This document shows positions 1 through 12,132 of a stretch of DNA of 64,000 nt, piece after piece. Numbering within the stretch: the stretch's first letter is position 1; the number at the start of each line of letters is the position of its first letter. Location of the stretch: positions 12,710,001 through 12,774,000 of the forward strand of contig OZ281498.1 in the NCBI GenBank assembly GCA_965637545.1, given 5' to 3'. Below the pieces are notes generated by a model. It saw only the letters and a program-made list of their open reading frames with translations. It was not told the DNA's origin and did not search any database. The translations under genes and the position numbers were made by a program. This DNA comes from Phallusia mammillata. Taxonomy: Eukaryota.

Positions 1-403
1 TACAGAATCACGACTCATATTTTTTTTCTAGCGGCAGATTTAATCCGTTTCTCGGCGTACAAGTGGCCAAATCATAACCTACGCACATTTAACTGCCAGC
101 GGCGCAATAAACCTCAAGTGCCTGCTGTATGCTGCAATTTTGAGACAAAGGACACTTTTTAAGTCGTCATTCGTGGTTTATACCTCAGTTTTAAGCTTCA
201 GTGTGACCATTGTCCGTACATTGCATCAACTTATATCATTTGTCACAAAACCTGGTAGAACCGCTCAGCAAAGGCCTTTTCGTCATTGCTTTCGCCGTTA
301 AGTTGACAAATTATCGCCTGTTAGGTGTCGTATTCTCTATAACGTAGGTTCGTGGTCAATCAAATTATCAGGTGTCACCACTTTATGCGTTTATTTTGTG
401 TAG

Positions 404-3400
404 GTGACATCACTTAACGGCGTGACGTCAGAATCCAGCACCGCACCAGCTTACCAGAGCATCGAGTTCGCAACCAGTGAAGCAGGTATTTTATGGAAAT
501 TTTGATTTGTTTTGGAACAAAACTATTGTCTCCGTCCTTGGCTTAGTATGTCTGTTTATAGACTTTTCGGCAAAATTGTACCTTTAATCACCAACAATTT
601 TATAAATAATAGTATAACACCATGTTATCAACACAAAGCACATTCGTGTCCGTTTATTTTTGTCAGCCAATTTCAATTTTACAATACACGATCAATTAAC
701 ATAAAATTCGCTATCTTTAGTTCCTTCTGTGGTGAACAACCTCGTTTTGGTGGCAAGTGGTAAAACTAGCCTTACCATACAATGGGCCCCTCCCACTAAA
801 CCCAACGGACTCATCTTAGACTACGAAGTTCAGGCTGCCCCTGTTGAGAAATCGGGTGAAATTTCTGCTCCTATAAAGAAGCAGGTAAGCACGTGACAAT
901 CTTGTGACAATCTCTCAATTGAATCACGTCTTAATTGATCACCATAACTGAATGTGTTAGACTTTGACCTTATGTTGACTTTTTGAACTTTTCAGATTGC
1001 GTCACATAACGTTACTATTGAAGGATTGGCAAGTGGTGAGACGTATGTGGTCAAAATTCGAGCGCGTACTTCCGCTGGTTTTGGCCAGTTCAGTCAACCT
1101 CTCTCTTATACAACGCTTGAGGGTGAGTACACAGAAGTCTATGGTAGAAATTATGAAACCGCTACGCCGGTACAGCACCGACTTGATCCGACGTTAATGC
1201 GCACAGTCGTGAGTGGAAAGTACGCAGTATCCGAAAAACATCTGCATTGCGCTTTAAAGCTTAAGACTGTTTTAAGACAAAAGCTCAGTGGTTTGTGACA
1301 CATTAAAAAGGCGAAACATTCTACAAATTTGTGTTTAATACTGAGCTATCTCATCTCTTTATTTTAATTATTATAAAACCTATTAAATGTAACTTTTCGC
1401 TATATGTTTGTGCAGAAGCCGGAACTGGGAAGACGATTGTTTCTGAAGGAAGCAGCACAATTCTAATCATCATTATTGTAGCAGCCGTCGCCCTTATTGC
1501 CATAGCAGCAGTGCTATGTATTATGCGAAGACGAAAACTTCGCCTTCTCAAAGAAGCTGATATCCGCGCACGTTCCAAGCTACCTGACAACGAACAACTT
1601 ATCGTTAGAGATGAATTCTCGAGCAGCATGGGTGGTCAGTACATTTTAATTTCGTTTTGATCCCTTGGTGTTTGATACCAATACATGACACCTAGGCGCG
1701 TTTTCAGGGATTAATTTTATCCGATTTTTAGGTCGAAATGCGCGCAAGACATATGTGGATTACAGAGACCCACACAAAGGAGTGAAAGAAATCGCCCGTG
1801 AGATCGAAGTGTCTAAGATAAAGATCGACCGTGTGATTGGACGAGGTATGTGCACGTGACCTCATGCGGACGCAGCCATTTTGTTTCAAGCTCATTGTGT
1901 GCCGTTTGCTTAACGAAGAATGGCATTGGTTAATAAGTTACAACACGACCTCTTTAAAAGTTGAAGCCATTTTGTTTGAGGCCATGATGGCTCTGTTATG
2001 ATCTACGCTTTTGAATAGCACACACAAGAAAATGACTCTTATAGTAAAAATCAACGTTTCAGTTTACTTAATGGATACATTAACAGGTGAATTCGGTGAG
2101 GTATGCAAAGGCAAATTAGTGGAAGGACGAACTTCAGTTCCTGTTGCTGTCAAACGCCTGAAACACGGCGCAAGTCTCATCGACCAAACCAACTTTCTGC
2201 GTGAAGCTTGCACCATGGCTCAGTTCGAAGATTCCAATATTGTACAGTTACAAGGTGTTGTAACAAAAAGTGAGTTTAACCTGTGTATTATTTGTTCTGT
2301 TACGACATTCAAACAATCCATTTCTCGCTTATTTGCATGTTAGGATTTCCCTTTAATGGCCTCATGGGTGTTTTCTATTCGCCATAAATCAGTTCCGCGT
2401 GGGAGTGAGAGTCGTATAAACTTTAAATAACATGAATGGGAACTTAAACTATGGCCTAATATGCGCTTTGTGTTTACCTAATATGTACGTTATAATATGC
2501 TCTAAATTTGGTGGTTGAGAAATTTTAAAAGGACACCGAGAAAAATCCCATCTGACAGCAAGATGTAACTGCCAAATTTCGCATCAGGTTTCGGTGTCAA
2601 CTTTTTTGCGAGATGGCGTGCGCGTGTAATGTGGACCAGATAAAACTGACAGTTTTTCGAGCATATTAAGGCGATAAACTTGTCCGTAAATCAACACCTC
2701 CCCTATATCCATGCGTGCAATTTATTGTAGAGATATGTTAACAGACATAGGCATAATATGCTGACGCGCAATTTAAACATGACAGCATTGCACTTTTACC
2801 GCGACTTCCAAACCTCCTCATTCTGAATTTCCACTTAATATGAAAACTTTTGATTTTTGTAGGCGTTCCAGCCATGATCCTCACCGAATTTATGGACAAT
2901 GGTTCTCTCGACAAATTTCTGCAGGTACCATATGTCGCAATTATATGTAGTTGATCGATCCGTCATAAAACGTGTTAGCTTTGTGGTTCCATAAGAATGT
3001 GTACGTTTCGCAATACTGAACCAATTCTTTTGTTACTTCAGCGTATGCGGGGAGAATTGTCGATGGTTCAGCTGCTTCAGATGTTGAAAGGCATCGCAAG
3101 TGGAATGAGATATCTCTCCAGCATGAAATACGTCCATCGTGATTTAGCAGCCAGGAACATTCTCGTCAACTCGGATCTCGGCTGCAAAGTCTCTGATTTC
3201 GGTCTTTCCAGAACGTTGGAAAACGACCCACATGCCACGTACACGACACAGGTTGGGAAAATTACTTGTACTTGTTGGAATGCAATGACAACCGAACTGT
3301 TAACGATTGGACTCTTTCCTGTGTTTTGTTAATATGAAACAAAGGCACATTCGTTCTACTATTCCAGAATTATTCTAGAAAGTTAAACAATTGATTGAAA

Positions 3401-6400
3401 ATGTTAAGAATCTGTCTTAATGTTTATTCTTTATTCTAGTTTCATGTAAGATTCTTTTCGACGTTTAGACGAGCATTGGAGTCCTTTCAATACTAAATAT
3501 TTTAAAACAAACTGGCCTCTCGACTATTGTTTCCTTTTCGCTCAAGTCAAACCAAGAATGGTATTTGATGTTAATTCCAAACGTGCCTCCCTAAGCCTCG
3601 TTAACCCGTGAGTCAATTCAAACAATTCTTTGTTGTCACCGCAGGGAGGAAAAATCGCTTTGCGCTGGACTGCGCCGGAGTGCATTCGATATCGTCAGTT
3701 CACCTCGTTAAGCGACGTATGGAGTTTTGGCATCGTCATGTGGGAGGTGATGTCATACGGCGAAAAGCCTTACTGGGACATGAGCAATGATGACGTCACC
3801 GAGGTGATTGAGGACGGATACAGACTGCCAGCACCTTCGGTGAGTTCAGGCTTTCAAGCATTCACTGGATATGTTGTAAAACTAGCTATGTTCTAGTACT
3901 GGGTGTCGTAGGTTAAGAACTGGACACTCTGCCTCTTTTGTGCGGCATTTCGGACACGTAACCCATAGGATCGCGTAATTTGACACCAGAGTTTCTATTT
4001 CATGCGTGTCCTTCGGCTACGGCAGCGGATCTTCCCCACCCAGGATATATGTGCGGGTTGTGTCAGTTGGCTTTCAGCAAAACCAGGAATTTTAGCAATC
4101 CCTAGCTTTTCGTGTCATGTTTTTGCCTCACCACGACACGAGTATTGTTCAACCGTCGGCGCCTGATCGACTGTCTCGAGATTTAATCCGTCGCAGTCCA
4201 GCGCTCATGTGGCTTTCACACTCAACGCACAAATTAAGATAATGGTTCCATTCTATCCACTTTAATTTACGCACCGTGCTTGTAAAGGGTCTGAATCAGA
4301 AAGGGGTTTCCGACGATTGAGATCCTTGTCTGAACGATCCCTCTGTCGCACTCCCAGCTGAGCATTCTTTGTAATTTTGCTTAACTCAATCCCACGAGCT
4401 GCAGGAACAGGGAAAACCCTGTCATCGAAACGTTTTCTATTATGTAAACCAAAAGACGTAACCCTTAGCAGCCTTTAAGATCCTTTGCAAATCAGTGACC
4501 GCAAAGGTATTGGTTGATGAAATTATTTCATAGGTGGGCGTTAAGTCGTGATTTCCTATTGAACGGGCGCTGAATTTTGACTCAAACTTGCATTAGCTGT
4601 TGGCAACAGACGTGGCATTGTCCGTTCGTATTCGTGCGCAAATGTGGCGACCTCCGGGCGTCTGCGTGTCCCACCTCAGATCTATGGCTATTGTCGCCCC
4701 GTCACGTTGCTTCAGTTGCGAGGCTTATGAAAATATTTTGGTTGCGACTGGAGCGTCAATTTGATTTGTTAACATAAGGCCAGTAGTTCACCACCGCCGA
4801 CGCAACAAGCTTTCTAATTCGATCATAACGGCATATTTGTGTTCATTCCAGACTTCACTGTTTCGAACTTTTATACCAGGCAAGGTAAAAAAACACTTCA
4901 GTTACTGTTAGAATCGTTAATAAAATGTTTATAAATCACATTACTCCTAAACATTGTCCCTAAAATCCATTTTTTGCGTTTGGTATTTCAAAACTTGGCC
5001 TAATACGACGACTTGCTATTGATCCGCTTTGCTGTGGATGACCTTTTGTGCTTTCGAATCCGCTTCCGAGTGTTAGCGGCTGCTTAGAACATCGGAGCTT
5101 GTTTATTGAAACATCGCGTATGCGGTCGCTTATCTTATTGACGCTGCGCCGCCTAGAGTTGTCGTATAGTGCAGCATAGCACCTTCAACGATGCGCACAT
5201 CTAACCAGTGTTGCAAATTTGCTGCTTGAAATCGTTTTGACCTGCTTAATATCGGGAGTCGGGACAATGTTGACACATCGGTCGTGAACACGTTCCCATG
5301 GCTGGATTAGACACAACAGAATGTTGTTCGCTAGCTAACCGCTACATTGAAGCGCCGCCCGCCTAAATCACAAGGCGGCGTTTTGCTTTACTCGTCGCGT
5401 ATGATATGCCTTTCCCAGCAAGTGCTCATTTCATTATCGGCAAGGTGTTAAAGATTCTAGGCACCCCGCCTATTTTCGATGAATTTCGGGTTGAACGAAA
5501 GAACAGATGTAATCCCGTTAAGTGGTAGGACGGTGCCACTGGGCGTGGGCGGCTTATTTTTATCGTTCGTTTTGTCTCGCTTTTAGCGGTTACAAGCGAC
5601 TGGTAAGTATGCCGAGGTGCATCTAATCACCGGTTTTGCTTGTGACCCCGTGCGCCGGCCGCAAAATCACCACCCTGCCTTGAGTGCATTCCCTGATTAA
5701 GGCGGCTGTTGAGCGATCGGCGTTTAACCGCCCGGAAATGGCGCTCTTCATTCCCGCCTCATCTCTGCACTTCCAGTCAGGGAAAGGCGGTAGTTTAGGT
5801 GCTCGAGCAGAAATCGATTTGACAAAATATTCGGCAATTTGTAACGTGTAAATTTCGCACGCTAAGTTTCGATGTTCCATCGCCGTGCCTGTGTAATGAC
5901 CCGCCCTCCTCACTAACTCCCACCATTTGCTCTCATCAGCACAATTTGCGGCAGCCGATGCGTGTGCTAACAAGTGATTAGTAAATCTTGGCCACCGCGA
6001 GGCGTTTTAAGCGAATTTTGATTTTGTGGGGATAATTTTGCATTCGCGTTCGAAGATGCGATATCGCCTATGACGAGCGCACTTCACTAACCAACAATTG
6101 CCAAACGTTCCTCGGCAAATTTGTTGGCAATCCTTGTTTCCGCTTGTTACAAAGTAGCGTTATTTTTTTAAACCAGAGGAATCGAGCACACAAACTCTTT
6201 TGTTGTATTTTCTGTTTTCTACAACAACGTTTACGTTCATTTCACAATTTTTTTGAAACATCTGCGACCGAGTCACCTCAGTGGTGTTCGTGCTTGAGTT
6301 GCCACGTTCCCTATTTTCCGCTTGCCCGAGAATTGGCGCCAATCCCTTGCCTATAGTTTATGAGCCCAGCTTCACATAGTTACTTTAATAGACCGACGTG

Positions 6401-7873
6401 GAGGAAAAGGGCGTTGTGTCGGGATCCCTTGGAAGCGATTCACTTGAAAGGCAGTTTATGAATCGGTGAAATGCTCCATGCACAGTTAAACCTGTGTGTC
6501 AGGAAACTTTCCGTCCATACCCCCTTTCCTCTCCACCGAACCTAACCTTGTATTGTGTTTAATGTGGCTTAGTATTGGGACCCAGGCATGACCGCGGTCT
6601 GTACTAAACTTGATTGCGTTTCGCTGCATCCTGTTGCTTTTTGAGCCATTTTTCCCGTCTGGCAGTTTTCTTAGACAACTAGTTTTATAATCGACTCAAT
6701 CCAATTGATTATTTGGTTTAAAGCTCGCATTTTTAAACTTTAAATTATTTACGACATGTGTGCAGTGATCGTTTTATGCGCAGGGTTGCCCACAAGCTTT
6801 GCACAACCTCATGCTGCAGTGCTGGAGTTATGAGCCTCGTAGACGTCCATCTTTCAACGAAATCCTTGCCCAACTTGATGACTTTATTCGTCAACCATCT
6901 CTGCTTAACGACGATATGTCTGCGACCGATCAAAGGTATGCGCACTCAAATTCCCTTTGCAACAGTCTTTGGCACGACTTGCGTATTTCAAAGTTACTTA
7001 ACCATATGTCTTAAACGTCGCAATATCATGCGTTTATCGTTCAACTTAATACCGCTTATTATCTAAACAAAAAGAGTGAACCTCTTTATTGTTGAGTTTT
7101 TGTCCTTCGTAAAGGCATATCCGCCTATCAAAGGCGTTATTTATAGCGTGGTCGTTACAATTGTCCTGGCACATATGCGCACTTGTAACTAAAAGGGCCT
7201 GGCATAATAACAGTGATTAGTTGTATGTGTTAAGCAGGGGCAAATTTAACAAATTAGTCTTTTGTTTTTTCTTAGTGCGCCGCTTTTGAACCCGGACAGC
7301 CCAACCAGCCTACAGGAAGTGACCACACTGGAAGAATGGCTGGACATGGTCAAGCTTGGTCGTTACCGTCAGAGCTTCTACGCACATGGAATTGTTGACC
7401 TCGAAACACTTGCACATCTTTCTTCCAGGTAAATATGCGAATGATTAAAACGCCATCAGCGCCAATCGATCTGGTATTTACGAAAAATTGGAAACAGTAT
7501 TTTCAACAGTTGTTGGTATTTACAAAAAATGTTTAACCTTAATCGAAAAGTATTCGTGCTAAAGTATTTACCCTTAAAGTTTTTGTTACAAAGCTAACTG
7601 AAATTGACGTTTTTTAGTGACCTTGAACGATTCGGAATATCGTCATCAACTCATCTCAATCGACTGCAAGGTGGCCTCGATACACTCCGGCGCCACCTGA
7701 GCACTGGAAGCGCCGCTGAAGGCGGAATGGCGCCACACCTATCCAACACCATGCGCCCCTCCTCTGACGTCACTACTAACCCATCGGCGCGTCAAAGCTT
7801 CACCCTCCCTCCCCAACGACAGTCGCCACAGCGGGAGCCTGGATCACGTGATGTGTCTGTCGCCATCGTGTGA
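404..7873 (+). CDS. Eph: Eph receptor tyrosine kinase, paralogue 1 (5' part lies upstream of the window): end of FN3-1, FN3-2, TM, kinase, SAM, PDZ-binding-like tail
   Basis: Hand-spliced GT-AG exons with consistent phases: 404-485, 721-884, 996-1122, 1416-1634, 1732-1845, 2087-2269, 2863-2924, 3042-3251, 3645-3839, 6784-6935, 7276-7428, 7618-7873. Motifs: FN3 ([25 protein letters not shown]), TM ([26 protein letters not shown]), [68 protein letters not shown] ([12 protein letters not shown]), C-terminus VAIV-stop. Confidence 0.95.
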
Positions 7874-10800
7874 CGCGGAAAACTGACTAAGTCATAAAGG
7901 CGCAAAATGGCGTCGGGCCATAGTAGTGTTTCCTCTCTGAAGTACCTGCGAAGTGAGATTGGACTTTGGATGAGAGCAAGGGTTGTGCAAGGAAGCATTT
8001 TTTAGTGGGACTCTTGCGCCTTGGATGAAGGCGACGTATTTATCGTTTTACCTTTTATTTATGTACCAAGTTTCATATTTTCCCTTTTCTATTTTGTTTA
8101 TTGTCGACGTTAACTGTGCATCGCTTGTCGCGTATTGCGTGCTGCTTTAAGTGGAAGAAAATGTGAAACGAGCATATAAAGCTCCCAATCCTAACACCGT
8201 AAAAAGCTAAACTATTCCGAGATCACGACCTTACGTAATCCATCATGTATTTTGTCCCGTCACGTTTACACAATCCACATCCTACAGAATTGTTTTTGAA
8301 GTGAAAAGGTTAAAGTCGTAAGCATAAGTCCGCGTGACTCTATCTCCTGTTCAGCCCACGCATGTCGCTGTAGGTGAAATGGCAACCTATCAGACAAGCA
8401 AACAGCTACCTCAACGGCTGCCTTTGGTGTGTGAAGTAATCCGCAGTCTGTCTCCAAGAAACAATGGTGGCTTGAACCGCTAGAAAATTAAATTCCATTT
8501 TGACCACACTAAACTCGGTAAACTCACGCCCCATTATAGCTCAACTAAATGCAACCCTTGTACCTGAATTTGCTCTTTGTTGAGCGTTTTTGTTGATTAT
8601 GCGCTGTGAGCGCAACTTTCCGTAATCTACACGCGCCTCTTATTTATTTTTCATGACTGCACGCAGTTGTGAGTGGCTGCTTCTATTCAATTGTAGACAT
8701 TTCGTTTTATGTCTGCGTTTTTTTCGCTTTGAGAATATATTGTCCCAAAAATCTATTTGTATTTTTTGTAGATTTAAAATACCAGACTAAGTTTTACCAG
8801 AGTGTGTACGTCATTATGGAAGACCTGATTAAGGATGAAGGTGTACTAAGGAAACGTATAAGTTGAAACAGTTTGCCTCAATAATGACTTATTTTTGTCT
8901 GGCCAATAGAAATAGAATGCGGACAAGGACACTTTTTTTACATACAGACGAAAGAAAATAATTTAGTAAAAGAGTGGGCAAAAAGTCATGCCGTAATTTT
9001 TTAAAAAACTGTAGTCTCACAATAAGCAACTTTAGCTTACCACTACAAGTCCAAAAATGTATCAATCAGCAAATAATTTAATCTTGCCGCCTGTTGGCGC
9101 AGTTACGCCACAAAACAAAGCACATGGATGAGCATCGAATTTCCTTGAAAAAAATTACTTCTCCTAGCAACTCAATGAAATTGTTTCCTGAAGCCAAACC
9201 AACATTAAACAATTTTTTTTTGCAAAAACAACATAGTTTCTTGTCATGTGTGCACAGGGAAAGGTATCAAAGAATAAAGATTAGGGCAGGATTTTTCGTA
9301 TTCGGTTCGAAATTGTACCTGGATTGTGGTTGAAAGTCAAGAAGGTCAAATTTTTAAACTACGCTAAATTAAAACAAGTATGATGTAACTGTAAATATTC
9401 TTTTCATAATCGATTCTTTTTAAGAGTTTAACAACCGACACATTAAATAGGAAACTTTAAATAACGCAAATAAGTTTAGTCTCATTTATGAATGTAGTTG
9501 TTTTCCACTCTATCTTCACTCTAAACAACTTTTTAGTAGAAGCGTATAATTTAATTAAGTGTAAATTCTTGTTTAGCACTGATTTACAGTACACTTTGTC
9601 TGTTTATCCATCAAGTGCATCATCCGTCAATGTCGCTTGGGGGCGTGTAACCTTATATATTGTGGACAGAAAAGGGCATTCCCGCTTATCCAATAAGCCA
9701 GGAATTCAGGGAGAAATTTCAAGTGACAACATACAAAGAAACAACTGTTATGTAGTTTGTTCTATTCCCACCAAGTTGGATAACGACAACCATAATGTCT
9801 GGGGAAATGTGTAATCTTTTGCGGCAGAGGCTTTTGGTTTAACAAATAGAACAACGAATTTGATTTGTCATGTTGAGATATTTTAATATGCATTTTTGTG
9901 CACTCCCGTGTATTTAATATCAGCGATTATTAGTTTTTGGTGTTTTTTAATAATCGGATTAAAGTAAATTTTTAATTAAAGCACCATCACCTAAAACTCC
10001 ATTGTTTCCAAGAATACTTAATATCGCGTGATACCCAGGGGATTGAATTCTAGCTGTTTCGACTTTGGAAGTCAACAAAAGAAAAGTTTGCCTTTGTTCC
10101 AATGCGATGCATTCGTCATGTCTGTCAAGCACTGCGCATGGGAGGCGCATAAATTTTCCACATTGTAACGTAAGACGTATGGCAAACACAGAAGCTGAAC
10201 AGACCGCGCTCTGCTGTTTGTCTATTGCACCACATCAATACACGAGCACTGCTGGTTCAGCGCTTATTAATTGCACGTAATGGCACACAACAGCTTGAGA
10301 TTCAGAGGTTTCGTTCATGCCACCTCCGTGCTGGGCGAGGGATTAAGTCCAAACTTTCGTTCCATGTAACAATAGTGCCACATTTAGTTTAAACTGGTGA
10401 ACAAAACAACACTTTCGCCCAGTGGGACACCTGGTTGACGCACTAGCCAAATCGCATCATGGTGGGGTATTGTGTAAGTTTAAACGGTGATTAAATAAGC
10501 GAAAAAATCCAGTTAATGTTTCGATGTTTTTTGTCTTGTTTATTTTACCTGTTTGGTTGTCTTTGCTTATTATTTACCGGGGCATAAAGTTGGTATTTTC
10601 TGTTTTGCCGCACAATGAATGTACCTGCTCAAGTAACAGTAATTGGTAATTCAGTTAATAGTGCGGAGGGAACAAATAAAATATTGTTAAGTTCCGGAAT
10701 ACATAGTAAACTGTTCCTTTAAAAACAAACGCCTTGAACAGTGTTCCCCATTTCCAAAACGGGGATCGCCACGCCTTGACAAGGTTGTTTGCAGATTACG

Positions 10801-12132
10801 CAATCCCTAAGTCTGTGGTGCAATTTGCGCACATTAACTTCGAAACCTTCAGCTGCTGCTGCTTGGTCTGTTAGGGTGCTGACTAAACAAACTGTTGTAC
10901 TAGAAAACAATCCAGTCATCCAAACATTACTAGCAGTGCAAGTGATGCAATTTCTAAATTTTGTTCTGTTGGTAGTGGTTTAACAGTTTGTCAAGATATG
11001 TCAGAGCGGTTGTTGTTTGACTGATTAGATGAAGATTAGGACGAACTCAATTCAGTGCGGTCCGGGTTGCGTACCATCACTGGCAAGTTATCGTACCTTG
11101 CGATCACCCCGTATTAGTGTTTTACCTGAGGGCTTTTGGTGAAAAACATCGCTACTATTGTTTCATTTCAAAGTAGTTGTTAGATCTCTAACGTTTCCGT
11201 CCCCATTTGCCTTTTAAAACAAACTGTAAAACTGATATTTTCTTACATAAAAAACCTTGGGTTTCAAATTATGTAACGTTTTAAAAAAATGTTCTTGAAC
11301 ATTAACGGTTTGTCAGTTTAATTTTACTTGGTATGCAAAAAAACAGGTTTTGACATTTCCAACAAATTAGTGATATGTTTACACACTCGACAGAGTGCAG
11401 GATTATGTTACCATTCAAATTCAAATATGAAGCATATGACTTTGTGATCCAAAATTTGAATCAATTCTTTTTATTAGCAAGGAAACACCCGCTTGGGGAA
11501 ATGTCAAGTAGGATTTGAAACAAAAACAAGCGTAAAACTGTACGATAATCGTGGATAAGAAACAGATCAAGTCGACCGAGGGATTTGTATAGGAAGCAAA
11601 TTGAATTGTTTTCGTTGTAAGTCTTAATCACGTTTGACTTAACACCATATGCATGCCATGTGACGCCCAAAAACAATCTCCTGAACTTATTAACCGATCT
11701 CGACTTAACCCCAAGGCTGCTGGTAACGAGAATTTCGTTTCGCCGCCGAAGGTTTGAGCGAGCGATTGCCTTTTTCTTTTCGCTTTGCACAATTCGAACG
11801 AGATGCCATTGAAGAGCGCAGTTTGTTATCAGACTGGAGTTGGAGCTATCTAACGTCGGCTTGTTTCATACACGATAAAGCGTCTTGCAACCAACTTGCA
11901 AATTTTAGACACGTGTGTTTGAAGGTGTTGAGAAAAAAGTTTGTAGCCATGCAGTCTAGTGTGTTACTTTTAAGTTTTTAAGTTACTGTGTGCCAGTGAT
12001 AAAGTGAGTGCATGTGCTTTGGTTGTTGCAGAGCACATCTACAATCTTCTACCTAGTGCTAATGCTTAGGAGAATACCTGAGACTGAGATCTTGTTTCTC
12101 TGAGCAGAGTGTATTATTGTATTAGCGATAAA

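Noticed and set aside
5352-5382. Hairpin CGCCGCC...GGCGGCG as a miRNA precursor
   Set aside because: The stem is only about 7-9 bp, too short for a pre-miRNA.
5623-5973. 116-aa minus-strand ORF in the long Eph1 intron
   Set aside because: Non-ATG start, no recognisable motif and no convincing splice sites.
6398-6537. Possible long-range RNA stem GTGGAGGAAAAGGG / CCCCTTTCCTCTCCAC upstream of exon 6784
   Set aside because: The pairing needs bulges and mismatches, and purine/pyrimidine tracts pair by chance. There is no counterpart in the paralogue.
8000-12000. Short ORFs between the Eph genes and other ORF-track entries antisense to exons or with TTG/GTG starts
   Set aside because: No domains, splice support or coding-like pattern. 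They are best explained as 3' UTR, promoter or shadow ORFs.
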